Counted from the first letter of the stretch, positions 28,926-37,764 are shown. The stretch: DNA of 64,000 bases from Thermoguttaceae bacterium (GCA_031553595.1 JAVBLI010000016.1:61773-125772), one strand, 5' to 3'. Notes: a model not told the origin generated them from the sequence alone. Numbers and translations are program-made.

Positions 28926-29648
28926 ATGAGGAATGCGGAATTGGAGCCGCGTGAGAATCCGTATCGGTCGCCGGAGGAGGCGGAATGTGGTGCTGGTGCG
29001 GCCCGCGGGGAGATGGATCCGCGTTGCGCTGCGTTTTTGCGAAAAGGGTTGGGATGGTTTTATGGCAGCACGCTGGTGGGATTTCTGGCGTTGGCGGCGT
29101 GTGTGTTTGAGAAGTTGTTCATTGGCGAGTCGTTCGTGCTGGCGGTCGGGTGGCCGGTGGTGGTGTTGATATGCTTCATGCAGGCGGCGGGGACGCTCAA
29201 CTGTTTGCGCGGCTCGTGGCGGCTGATACCTGAGGGGCCGTTTTGGGTTCTTGGCAGTTGGTTACTCTTTCCACTTCTGGTGCCTGTGTCGGTCGTACAC
29301 CCGACATTTGAGGCTGTGGTCGCCGCGGCGGTAGGAGTGTGGTTATGGCATGGGTATTTAATCCGGCTCGCACTGCGGTTGAGAAGCGGGGCGTGTGTGA
29401 CGGGAGTGGCGGTGATGATGCTGGCGTGGCTGGTGATGATATTGGCATGGGTGAGGTTCTGGCAGTTGGATGAAATGTTGAAGTCGCCGGATCCCCACGC
29501 ATGGGAGTTGACGGAGGTGATGTACGTCGGGTGGACATTGGCGGCGTCGTGCGGCGTGATGCTGGTGGTGTATATGGCGGTGCTGCTGCGGTTGCGGTAC
29601 CTGGCGTGGAGTGTGCAGGGTGAGAAAACGGAAATTCCGGGAGAATGA
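28926..29648 (+). CDS. ENPYASPE-box multi-pass membrane protein, array member P8
   Basis: MRNAELEPRENPYRSPEEAE. The box DNA is near-identical to that of P9 (gagaatccgtatcggtcgccggaggag). Confidence 0.75.
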   Translation: MRNAELEPRENPYRSPEEAECGAGAARGEMDPRCAAFLRKGLGWFYGSTLVGFLALAACVFEKLFIGESFVLAVGWPVVVLICFMQAAGTLNCLRGSWRLIPEGPFWVLGSWLLFPLLVPVSVVHPTFEAVVAAAVGVWLWHGYLIRLALRLRSGACVTGVAVMMLAWLVMILAWVRFWQLDEMLKSPDPHAWELTEVMYVGWTLAASCGVMLVVYMAVLLRLRYLAWSVQGEKTEIPGE

Positions 29649-29649
29649 A

Positions 29650-30321
29650 ATGACTGAGAATCCGTATCGGTCGCCGGAGGAGACGGAGGAAGGCGAGACG
29701 CCGGAGAGTGACGCGGCGTATTTGCGCGGGCTGGAGTCGCTACGTGCCGGAATCGGGTGGGTGTTGACCGGTGGGGCGGCGGCGGTGGTGATGATGCTGA
29801 TGTTTCCCGTGCCTGTCCTGCAGGTGTATCTGGAGCATTTCGGGGGAGTGATGGCGATGGTCGGGGCGGTGACGACGGCGCTGGTTGCGGTACAAGTTTA
29901 CGGAATGTGGCGGTGCATGCGATGCCCGGGGCGGATTGCCCGTAATGTGGACGCGCTGGTCGGGGCGAGCATGGGGCTGATGGTGGCGGCGTATTTTGCG
30001 GCGTGGACCTTGGTGTGGGGGAAGTCACTCGAAACCGTGATGTACGGGCTGGCGTTAGCGTGTCTGTTGCCGTGGTTGTGGTTTTTGATGCGCGTGGCGA
30101 GAGGATTGAAACGCCCGGAGTTGACGGTAATTGCGGCGATTGTCGCCGGGCTGTGGCTGGCCGTGCTGGTTTTGGCGCTGCTGGGTGAGCAGGAATTGTT
30201 GGTGATGGCAGGCGTCGGGTATGTGATTTTTTATCTCAGCCTGATGATGGCGTTGCGGACATGGTTGAATGAGGAGATCGGAAAGTGCATGAGAACGTTT
30301 ACGCTTCGCCGGCAGAGGTGA
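29650..30321 (+). CDS. ENPYASPE-box multi-pass membrane protein, array member P9
   Basis: ATG lies 1 nt after the P8 stop. MTENPYRSPEETEEGE. The Arg-rich C-terminal tail (RTFTLRRQR) is encoded inside the P10 box. Confidence 0.75.
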   Translation: MTENPYRSPEETEEGETPESDAAYLRGLESLRAGIGWVLTGGAAAVVMMLMFPVPVLQVYLEHFGGVMAMVGAVTTALVAVQVYGMWRCMRCPGRIARNVDALVGASMGLMVAAYFAAWTLVWGKSLETVMYGLALACLLPWLWFLMRVARGLKRPELTVIAAIVAGLWLAVLVLALLGEQELLVMAGVGYVIFYLSLMMALRTWLNEEIGKCMRTFTLRRQR

Positions 30322-30719
30322 CGGAAGAACACTTGCAGGATGCGGAGAAACGGAAACCGTCGTCGGTGCGGCGGCTTGCGATGATCGTGTTTCTGGTGCA
30401 TCTGGCGCCTGTGCTGTTGATTTGTGGGGCAATTGTGCATGGCTATTTGACCAAGGATCATACGGGTGAATTGCATTTTATGTGGATTTGGGGAGTGATC
30501 ATGGACTTTCCGCTTTCGCTGCTGCTCTTCTTTGTCTCTGGGGCGGGTATCGGTACGGCGCCTCTCGAGTGGATGGGTGTAGAGCATCGCTGGTGGCCAT
30601 TGCATGACGTGATTTGGCCGGGCGTGATTTTTCAGACGGTCGGGACGCTGAACTGGCTGGGGATTGTGCTCGTGGTGCGTGCGTTGAGGAAAAGAGGAAG
30701 GAATGGCATTGGAGAATAA
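30285..30719 (+). CDS. short box-bearing membrane protein, array member P10 (144 aa)
   Basis: GTG start preceded by GAGGAG. (M)HENVYASPAEVTEE. Only about 3-4 hydrophobic segments, and the body is unlike its neighbours. Overlaps P9 by 37 nt. Confidence 0.6.
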   Translation: MHENVYASPAEVTEEHLQDAEKRKPSSVRRLAMIVFLVHLAPVLLICGAIVHGYLTKDHTGELHFMWIWGVIMDFPLSLLLFFVSGAGIGTAPLEWMGVEHRWWPLHDVIWPGVIFQTVGTLNWLGIVLVVRALRKRGRNGIGE

Positions 30720-31431
30720 GTACGCGTCGCCGGAAGCGGTGGCGGAAGAGGGTGCGGAGAATTCGCGGCGGCGGTGGAATGAAGTGATCGCGCTGGCGGC
30801 GGGGATGTCGTTGGCGTTGGCAGGGTGTGTGCTGGTTGTTTGGCGATTTTTCATGCTGATGCAGTTTCGTTTGATGGGTGAATATCCGCTTTCCCAGGTG
30901 CTTTTCCTCATATCATTTTGTATGGCGGTTTACGGAACGCAGATGCTGGGGATGACGCTGTCGCTGGCGGGTGCGCGGCAGATACGGTTCGGGCGGGGGC
31001 TGATGTTGGCCGGGCTGGTGCCGTATGCGGTGTTTTGCGCGGCGTTTTGGTGGAATACGTCGGATCGCGTGCCGGAAATGTGGATTTTGCCGTGTGTCGG
31101 CATCGGATGTTTGGCGTGGCTCGGATTCCTGACACTGGTGGCGCATCGGGTGGGCAGCCGCTGGATGGTGGGCATGGCGTGTCTGACGCTGATGGCGTTT
31201 GCGTCCGCGTGGGCTGGCACGTCGGTGGTGTGGTATTTTTATTATAACATGCCGTGGGACGGCGGCCCCGGGTATTCGGAGTTGCTGAGTTGGCTGATTT
31301 TTTCCAGCACGTGGATTTCACCGGCGGTGGTGTTTTTGTTTAAGGCGTGCTTTGCAACCTACTTTGTTTTGCTGATTGGATTGACGTTTCGGCTGTGGCG
31401 GCTGGCACAAATTTTGAAGGAGGAGCCATGA
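30703..31431 (+). CDS. ENPYASPE-box multi-pass membrane protein, array member P11
   Basis: MALENKYASPEAVAEEGAE. Overlaps P10 by 17 nt. Multiple hydrophobic helices. Confidence 0.75.
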   Translation: MALENKYASPEAVAEEGAENSRRRWNEVIALAAGMSLALAGCVLVVWRFFMLMQFRLMGEYPLSQVLFLISFCMAVYGTQMLGMTLSLAGARQIRFGRGLMLAGLVPYAVFCAAFWWNTSDRVPEMWILPCVGIGCLAWLGFLTLVAHRVGSRWMVGMACLTLMAFASAWAGTSVVWYFYYNMPWDGGPGYSELLSWLIFSSTWISPAVVFLFKACFATYFVLLIGLTFRLWRLAQILKEEP

Positions 31432-32099
31432 GTGAGAATTATTACGCGTCGCCGGAGGTGGTGGAGCGTGTGGATACGGACGTGCTGCGGGAATACCGGT
31501 GGTCATTGATTTGGCTGGCCCGCGGGATGATGGGAATGATTTTGAGTTTCGTTCTCGGAGTCGGCATGGCTTGGTTGACGGAAGTATTCTGGTGGCGATA
31601 TTTTTTGCAGTATTACAATTGGTCGTGGGCACTTGGCTTCGGAATGTTCTGCGTGCTGCAGTTGCTCGGGGCCGTGATGTGCTGGATCGGGGCAAGCCGG
31701 CTGCGGTGGGACGCGAAATGGCTGATCCCGCTCAGCGGCGTGCTGTTCGTGCTGATGTTCGGTGTCGGATTTATTGAGGCGCAGGTGAACTCGCCGCCGC
31801 TGATTTCCGCCATGCTGGTTTTCGGGTTCAGTTGCTGGGCTTGGCAGGCGTTCCTGCTGTGGATGGCGTGGTGGATGGAAAGCCGGTGGCTGATGGTGAC
31901 GGCGGGGCTGGTGCTGCTGACGTTCAGCATCGCCGGCTTCGCAACAATGTATGTATTCCTGCAGCTCCGCGATTGCTGGCAGATGTGGCTGGCGATGATC
32001 TCCGGAGTCGGGTATTTCGGGCTTTACGCGATTTTGCTTATCGGAACATTGAAACGGCTGTGGACGCTGGTGGCCCGGTCGTTGGAAGGAGTGCAGTGA
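31428..32099 (+). CDS. ENPYASPE-box multi-pass membrane protein, array member P12
   Basis: ATGA overlap with P11. MSENYYASPEVVERVDTDVLREYRWSL. Colinear with P13 through to the C-terminus (LIGTLKRLWTLVARSLEGVQ). Confidence 0.8.
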   Translation: MSENYYASPEVVERVDTDVLREYRWSLIWLARGMMGMILSFVLGVGMAWLTEVFWWRYFLQYYNWSWALGFGMFCVLQLLGAVMCWIGASRLRWDAKWLIPLSGVLFVLMFGVGFIEAQVNSPPLISAMLVFGFSCWAWQAFLLWMAWWMESRWLMVTAGLVLLTFSIAGFATMYVFLQLRDCWQMWLAMISGVGYFGLYAILLIGTLKRLWTLVARSLEGVQ

Positions 32100-32794
32100 T
32101 GGAGAATCCGTATGTATCGCCGGAGGTGACGGAAATGGTGGAGACGGACGCGGTGGTGAAATACCGCCGGTCGCTGACCGCCATGGCCCAGGGAGTGATG
32201 TGTGTAATGCTGAGTTTCGTCGTTGCGATCACGTGCATGATCGTGGGAAATCTGGTTGAGATGTGGTTGCGTTTGGAGATCATTAACGGCGCGAATGTCG
32301 TCGGACTCTCGCTGTTTTGCGGCTTGCAATTTATCGGGGCGATGTATTGTTATTCCGCCGCGGATGTGTTTGCGGAAAACGGAAAGCTTCTGATTTTCTC
32401 CTGCGGCATATTATTCGTGTCGGCGATTCTGCTGCGGTATTTTACGGTTCATCCCCTTTCGTCGGACGTCTGGTCGTTCGTCGCGATGCTGCTGTTTGGT
32501 TGCAGTTGCTGGTGCTGGCAGGTGTTTCTGCTGCGGCTTGCGCGGCGGACGGAAAGTCGGTGGCTGACGTTGGCGGCGCGGCTGGTGCTGTTGACGTTCA
32601 CCATCGCGGGCTTTGCGACGATGTCTTTTTTTGCCATTGCTTCGCAGCCGGGATTTCCGCTGCCGGTAGGCGTGGCGCTGTTTTCCGGATTCGCGTATTT
32701 CGGGCTTTACGCGGTGTTGCTGATCGGATTGTGGAAACGCCTGTGGATGCTGGTCGTGCGGTCGCAGGAAGGAGTTGCGGATGTCGGAGAATAA
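32099..32794 (+). CDS. ENPYASPE-box multi-pass membrane protein, array member P13
   Basis: TGATG junction with P12. MENPYVSPEVTEMVETDAVVKYRRSL. C-terminus LIGLWKRLWMLVVRSQEGV. Confidence 0.8.
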   Translation: MENPYVSPEVTEMVETDAVVKYRRSLTAMAQGVMCVMLSFVVAITCMIVGNLVEMWLRLEIINGANVVGLSLFCGLQFIGAMYCYSAADVFAENGKLLIFSCGILFVSAILLRYFTVHPLSSDVWSFVAMLLFGCSCWCWQVFLLRLARRTESRWLTLAARLVLLTFTIAGFATMSFFAIASQPGFPLPVGVALFSGFAYFGLYAVLLIGLWKRLWMLVVRSQEGVADVGE

Positions 32795-33530
32795 ATTCGC
32801 GTCGCCGGCGGGGGTGCGGGAAGAAGTTTCGCAGGATGAAAAATGGCGACGGAACGCGAAATCGCTGCGGATCGCGGCGTGGGGACTGACGCTGGCGTCG
32901 CTGAGTATGGGGCTGATTGTGGCGCTCATGGCGATGTTTGTCGTGAGTGACATGATATGGCCATTGTCCATTGTGAATCAATTTTTAGCGAATGTTCGCG
33001 AGCTGATTCAATGGGCGATGACAGCATCCGCCATTTCCTCTGGCATGGGCGTGGTGATGTGCCTGGCCTGCGGACGCGAGACGGCGAGGTTTGGCCGGTG
33101 GCTGATTCCGCTGTGCGTGGTGTGCCTGGCGTGGCCGGGGATGGCGATCCTGGAGATCGACTTCGGTTTGGTCGAAATGCTGGGCCATTACGAGCATTTG
33201 TTAGCAATGACTTTTTTCATCGGCCTGGCCCTGTGGGGTGTCTTTCTCTGGCTGTTGGCTTGGACGATGAAAATTCCTCACGCGGCGATATGGATCGTGC
33301 TGACGGTTGTCGTTTGGGTTATCCTTACCGTATGGAGTTCGCCGCTGATGGATTCGAATCGGGATTTTGCGCGGATGCACCGTCTTTTTTACCGTGAAGT
33401 GATGGATAACGTGCTGCCGGTGGTCGGGCTGGCCACGTGTGTCACGGCCATGTGGACGTTGCGTTCCGCGATCATGCGGGGGCTGCGGATGGTGTGCGGA
33501 AAGAGTGGTGATGAAAGGGACGAAAAATGA
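32781..33530 (+). CDS. ENKFASP-box multi-pass membrane protein, array member P14
   Basis: ATG 32781 follows GGAG; the ORF track uses TTG 32775. MSENKFASPAGVREEVSQDEKWRRNAKSLRIAAWGL. Confidence 0.8.
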   Translation: MSENKFASPAGVREEVSQDEKWRRNAKSLRIAAWGLTLASLSMGLIVALMAMFVVSDMIWPLSIVNQFLANVRELIQWAMTASAISSGMGVVMCLACGRETARFGRWLIPLCVVCLAWPGMAILEIDFGLVEMLGHYEHLLAMTFFIGLALWGVFLWLLAWTMKIPHAAIWIVLTVVVWVILTVWSSPLMDSNRDFARMHRLFYREVMDNVLPVVGLATCVTAMWTLRSAIMRGLRMVCGKSGDERDEK

Positions 33531-34264
33531 TGGATGAAAATAAATTCGCGTCGCCGGCAGAGGTGAATGAGACGTTGGCGCCGGAGGAAACATGGCGGCG
33601 AAAGGCGGGGCAGTTGCGTTTCGCGGCGTGGGGGATGGTGCTGGTGAGTTGGGGATTCGCGCAGATGCTGATGGCCGTTAGTGTAAGCCTTGTGTCCCGG
33701 GAGTGGAAATGGAAATTACTGGATTTCCTCGTGGATTTCAACATGATCCGTATGCTGGCGGCAATCATCGGGGTAGGGATGTTCGTTCTGGGAATGGCGT
33801 TGTGCCTTGCCTGCGGGAAGAACGTAATCCGGCATGGCCGCTGGCTGATTCTGGCGGCGCTAGGATGTATCTGCGTGCCGCCGTTGTCGGATTTCTTTGT
33901 TTCCGCTTACTGGACTTATGAAAACGCGATCATCTTCGCCGGGTTCACGTTCTGGAGCGTCTTTCTCTGGCTCATGGCATGGGCGTTGAAAATCCCGCAC
34001 TGCCGGTTTTGGCTCGGATTGACGTTTCTGCTCTGGGCGACGGCAGTTTTCTGGAGTGTGATGTTAAACGCGGGGTTTTCTTTTTTTCGTGATTTTAACG
34101 ATTACCTTTTTCCACTTATATATTATCGTCTTGGCGTCGAGCAGTACACATATGTCGCTGGGTGTGTGACGTGTATCGTCGGGATGCTGATTTTGCGGGC
34201 CAGCATAGTGAAGCAGTTGCGGAAGATGCACGAGTTGGGCGGTGATGAGAGGAACGAAGAATGA
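33527..34264 (+). CDS. ENKFASP-box multi-pass membrane protein, array member P15
   Basis: ATGA overlap with P14. MMDENKFASPAEVNETLAPEETWRRKAGQLRFAAWGM. Confidence 0.8.
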   Translation: MMDENKFASPAEVNETLAPEETWRRKAGQLRFAAWGMVLVSWGFAQMLMAVSVSLVSREWKWKLLDFLVDFNMIRMLAAIIGVGMFVLGMALCLACGKNVIRHGRWLILAALGCICVPPLSDFFVSAYWTYENAIIFAGFTFWSVFLWLMAWALKIPHCRFWLGLTFLLWATAVFWSVMLNAGFSFFRDFNDYLFPLIYYRLGVEQYTYVAGCVTCIVGMLILRASIVKQLRKMHELGGDERNEE

Positions 34265-34962
34265 CGGGTGAGAATAAATTCGCATCGCCGGAAGAGGCGG
34301 ATGACGGCAGGTTGTCGGATAAAGAATGGAAACGAAACTCGCTGCCATTGCGGTTCGCGGCGTACGGGCTGATGTTCGTCAGTTGCGGTTTCGCACTGCT
34401 GGTGTTGGCGTTTGGAATTCGGATGCTGTGGATACGCCCCGTGACATATAGTCCGCTTAACACGGTAACGCTGATTGCGGAGCTTCTCGGCGTTGGGCTC
34501 TCCCTCACCGGCATGGCGTTGTGTATGGGCATGGACAAAGATGCGGCGAGACGTGGACGTTACCTGATCCCGGCAGCATTCGGGTGCTTCTTCGTGCCAG
34601 TGCTCATACGATTTCCCCTTGCATACTGGGCCTGGAGAGATCCGATCATTTTTTCGTGGTCTGTGCTCTGGAACGCGTTTCTCTGGCAGTTGATGCGGGC
34701 ATTGAAAACCCCCCAGGCACGGATTGGGCTTCGTCTCGCGTTTCTTTTTTCGTTGACGGCGATTTTCTGGAGTATCATGCTTGCTTTGAGAGTTCCCATG
34801 TTTTGTAATTACCAGGATGCGTTTGCCTATCTTGGATATTACCCCACGTGTGCTGACCGGTTTTTATTTGTTGTGGGGCACATTCCGTGTATTTTCGGGA
34901 TGTTGATACTGTGGGCCGGCGCGATGAAGCAGCTGCGGATGATGCGTGGAGAGATTTTATGA
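34261..34962 (+). CDS. ENKFASP-box multi-pass membrane protein, array member P16
   Basis: ATGA overlap with P15. MTGENKFASPEEADDGRLSDKEWKRNSLPLRFAAYGL. Confidence 0.8.
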   Translation: MTGENKFASPEEADDGRLSDKEWKRNSLPLRFAAYGLMFVSCGFALLVLAFGIRMLWIRPVTYSPLNTVTLIAELLGVGLSLTGMALCMGMDKDAARRGRYLIPAAFGCFFVPVLIRFPLAYWAWRDPIIFSWSVLWNAFLWQLMRALKTPQARIGLRLAFLFSLTAIFWSIMLALRVPMFCNYQDAFAYLGYYPTCADRFLFVVGHIPCIFGMLILWAGAMKQLRMMRGEIL

Positions 34963-35462
34963 TGGAGGAGGTGAAAATGGATGAAAATAAATACGCGTCG
35001 CCGGAAGCGGTGGATGATGGTGGATCGCAGGTTGATGTATGGAGACACAAATCGCGGCTGCGGATTATGGCGTACGGGCTGCTGGCGGCGGCAGTAGGTA
35101 TGGGGATGTACTTGGCGTTGTTGATTACCACCGTCGTGCAGATGACATTTTTTCAGGTCGCTCAAGCGATGTATGTTCCCCGTGTTAGTGGGCTTTTCGA
35201 GGTGGTCGGCTTCTTGGCAATCGGCTTGTTCGTACAGGGCATGTTGCTGTGCTTAGCCTGCGGGCTGGAGATCGCCGGATGGGCGAGGTGGTTGGTGCCT
35301 GCCAGCCTGGCATGTATGGTTTTCATTCCGCAGATGCCCGCACCGGGGTTGATTCTCTGGAATTTTTTTCTTTTGCGGGTGTCGCAGAGGATGGAGTTTG
35401 CACGTTCCGCGTCGTGCTTTTGGATTGCGTTTATCCCGTGGGGCATGCTGACTTTGCATTAA
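34959..35462 (+). CDS. ENKYASP-box membrane protein, array member P17 (short, last in array)
   Basis: ATGA overlap with P16. An alternative ATG at 34977, preceded by GGAGGAGG, gives MDENKYASPEAVDDGGSQVDVWRHKSRLRIMAYGL. Only about 167 aa. Confidence 0.65.
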   Translation: MMEEVKMDENKYASPEAVDDGGSQVDVWRHKSRLRIMAYGLLAAAVGMGMYLALLITTVVQMTFFQVAQAMYVPRVSGLFEVVGFLAIGLFVQGMLLCLACGLEIAGWARWLVPASLACMVFIPQMPAPGLILWNFFLLRVSQRMEFARSASCFWIAFIPWGMLTLH

Positions 35463-35518
35463 TCGCCGTTTTCAGAAAATTGCAGGCGCTGGACAAAACC
35501 AAAAAAAACTCCGGCCAC

Positions 35519-37759
35519 TCACGGTTTTTTTTTCTTTAGCATTTCTGCAGCGGTCATCAGGCCGGGGATGTCGGGGAGGGATTTGCCGGGCTTGGATTTT
35601 TTCACCGGCGGCGCAGAGTCGTCGGCGTCGAAATAAGATGCGTCACTCGGCGCGGCGTCGGCGTGCTCCTCCGGCGGAAGCTCGAAATCCCATGAGTCGT
35701 CTTCCGGAAAAAAGAAATCGGCGTCGGCGTGATTCACATCGAATGAAGACTCCGCGGCGTCCAGTGCCGCGAGCGTGGCGTCGGTCGTGTGCATCTCGTC
35801 ACGCGGCAGTTCCATCAGGAACCGGCTTGGCGCCGCCGTGCGTGTTTTGCCACGCGCATTCCGCGCTGCCGTGAACGAAAGATGCAGCTCCTCGCGGGCA
35901 CGAGTCATGCCGACGAACATTAGCCGCCGCTCCTCCTCGAGTTGCGTCGGGTCGTCCGCACTTCGCTGGTGCGGGAGAATGCCGTGCTCCAGGGCGGTGA
36001 GGTACACCACGGGAAACTCCAGCCCCTTCGCCGCGTGCAGCGTCATCAGGTGCACGCGGTCCTCGGCTTCGTCCAGGTCGTCGGTGTCGGATGAAAGACT
36101 TGTTTCTTCGAGAAACCGCTCGAGCAAAAAACTCGTGCCAGTCGCATCGCGGGCGTGCTTCGCGTCGAACTGCCGGGCCAGGGACACGAGTTCGGCGAGA
36201 TGCGTGCGGCGTTTTTCCGCCTCATCATCCGTGCCCGTCACATCCCGGCACAGCGCGGCGTATCCAGAAAAATCGATCACCGCTTCGATGAGCGCCGTCA
36301 TGCCACCACGGGTGCCGTTTTCGAGGGCAGTGTACGTTTCATGCATTTGGTGCATGGCGAAGACGAAGGCCGCGAGGGCCGACTGTGCACGCTTCTTGAT
36401 CGACTCGCACCGCTGTGCCTGCGCAGCCGCCTCCCACAGCGAAAGCCTTTCTCGCCACGCAAAATCACCGAGATGCTCGAGCGTCGTCTTGCCGATTCCG
36501 CGGGCCGGCACGTTGATAATCCGCAGCAGCGCCTCGTTGTCGTGCGGGTTTTGTAAGAGCCGCAGGTACGCCAGCACGTCGCGCACTTCCCGCCGCGCGA
36601 AAAATTCCATCCCGTGCAGCACGCGGTAAGGCACGCCCGAGAGCCGCAGCGCTTTTTCGAACTCCACGGCCAGCGAATTCACCCGGTAAAAAATCGCGAA
36701 CTCTGCTGCCTTGTGCGCCTGACACGAAATGGCGTCGGCGATTTGCCGCGCGATGATATTCGCCTCGTGCTCGCCGGAATCGTAGCGAGAAAGCGTCACG
36801 GGCACACCCGCCGGATTCTCCGTAAAAAGCGGGTTCTCCTTCCGCAGCGTGTTGTGCGAAATCAGCGTCTCGGCCGTCGCGAGAATGCGCCGCGTGCTGC
36901 GGTAATTCTGCCCGAGATTGACCACCGTCGCCCCGGGAAAGTCTTTTTCGAAATCGAGAATGTTCCCGATGTTCGCGCCTCGCCAGCCGTAAATCGACTG
37001 GTCGGGGTCGCCCGTGACGGTGAGGTTCGGTGTGTCGGTCGACAGCGCCCGCGCGATGGCGTACTGCGCGAAATTCGTGTCCTGATACTCATCGACGAGA
37101 ATGTAGCGGTACTGGGCGTCGAGGGCTGCGCGGATGGTCGGCTGCGTTTTCAGCAATTGCATCGCCAGCAGTAGCAGATCGTCGAAGTCCACGGCATTCG
37201 CCAGCCGCAGCGCCTGCTGATAATGCGGATAGATCTCGGCCGCGACCGCCGCCGCGAGATCGCCGTACGGGGGCGCGTATTCGTCCGCCGTTTGCAGTTG
37301 CGTCTTCGCGGCACTGATCGCCGACGCGATGGTGCTTGCGGAAAAGTTCGCCGAGAGATGCGTGGTAGCCGTTTGGCGGTGCTGCTGGATCGCTTTCTTC
37401 AAGGCGGAGAGGCTGTCGTCTTTATCGTAGATCGTAAAATTTTCGCCCAGGCCGACATAGGGGGCGTAGTGCCGCAAGAGCCGCGCGGCAAAGCGGTGAT
37501 ACGTGCTGATCCACACGCGGTTTTGCTTTTTGTCGAAATCATCATCACCGAGCATCGCCGCCACGCGCGACTGAATTTCCTCCGCCGCCTTATTCGTAAA
37601 CGTCAGCGCCAGCACCTCGTCCGGCCGCACGCCATTCTCCAGCATCCACGCGATTCGGTGCGTAATGACCCGCGTTTTCCCACTTCCCGGTCCCGCGATA
37701 ATCAGCATCGGCCCGTCGTAGTGCGTCACGGCGAATTGTTGGGAAGGGGTGAGAGACAT
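35519..37759 (-). CDS. UvrD/PcrA-type superfamily-1 DNA helicase
   Basis: Helicase motifs GPGSGKT, TFTNKAA, DEYQDTN, GDPDQSIYGWRGA, QNYRS and VGMTRAREEL. 746 aa with an acidic then basic C-terminal tail. The ATG lies 5 nt after the LRR gene stop. Confidence 0.88.
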   Translation of the reverse strand: MSLTPSQQFAVTHYDGPMLIIAGPGSGKTRVITHRIAWMLENGVRPDEVLALTFTNKAAEEIQSRVAAMLGDDDFDKKQNRVWISTYHRFAARLLRHYAPYVGLGENFTIYDKDDSLSALKKAIQQHRQTATTHLSANFSASTIASAISAAKTQLQTADEYAPPYGDLAAAVAAEIYPHYQQALRLANAVDFDDLLLLAMQLLKTQPTIRAALDAQYRYILVDEYQDTNFAQYAIARALSTDTPNLTVTGDPDQSIYGWRGANIGNILDFEKDFPGATVVNLGQNYRSTRRILATAETLISHNTLRKENPLFTENPAGVPVTLSRYDSGEHEANIIARQIADAISCQAHKAAEFAIFYRVNSLAVEFEKALRLSGVPYRVLHGMEFFARREVRDVLAYLRLLQNPHDNEALLRIINVPARGIGKTTLEHLGDFAWRERLSLWEAAAQAQRCESIKKRAQSALAAFVFAMHQMHETYTALENGTRGGMTALIEAVIDFSGYAALCRDVTGTDDEAEKRRTHLAELVSLARQFDAKHARDATGTSFLLERFLEETSLSSDTDDLDEAEDRVHLMTLHAAKGLEFPVVYLTALEHGILPHQRSADDPTQLEEERRLMFVGMTRAREELHLSFTAARNARGKTRTAAPSRFLMELPRDEMHTTDATLAALDAAESSFDVNHADADFFFPEDDSWDFELPPEEHADAAPSDASYFDADDSAPPVKKSKPGKSLPDIPGLMTAAEMLKKKKP

Positions 37760-37764
37760 GGGAA

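Noticed and set aside
22741-35462. Possibility that the regularly spaced conserved ~24-nt box marks a CRISPR-like or other non-coding repeat array.
   Set aside because: The period is about 700 bp, not 60-70 bp. The intervening sequence forms long ORFs with TM-helix periodicity. The box is always in frame, right after a start codon.
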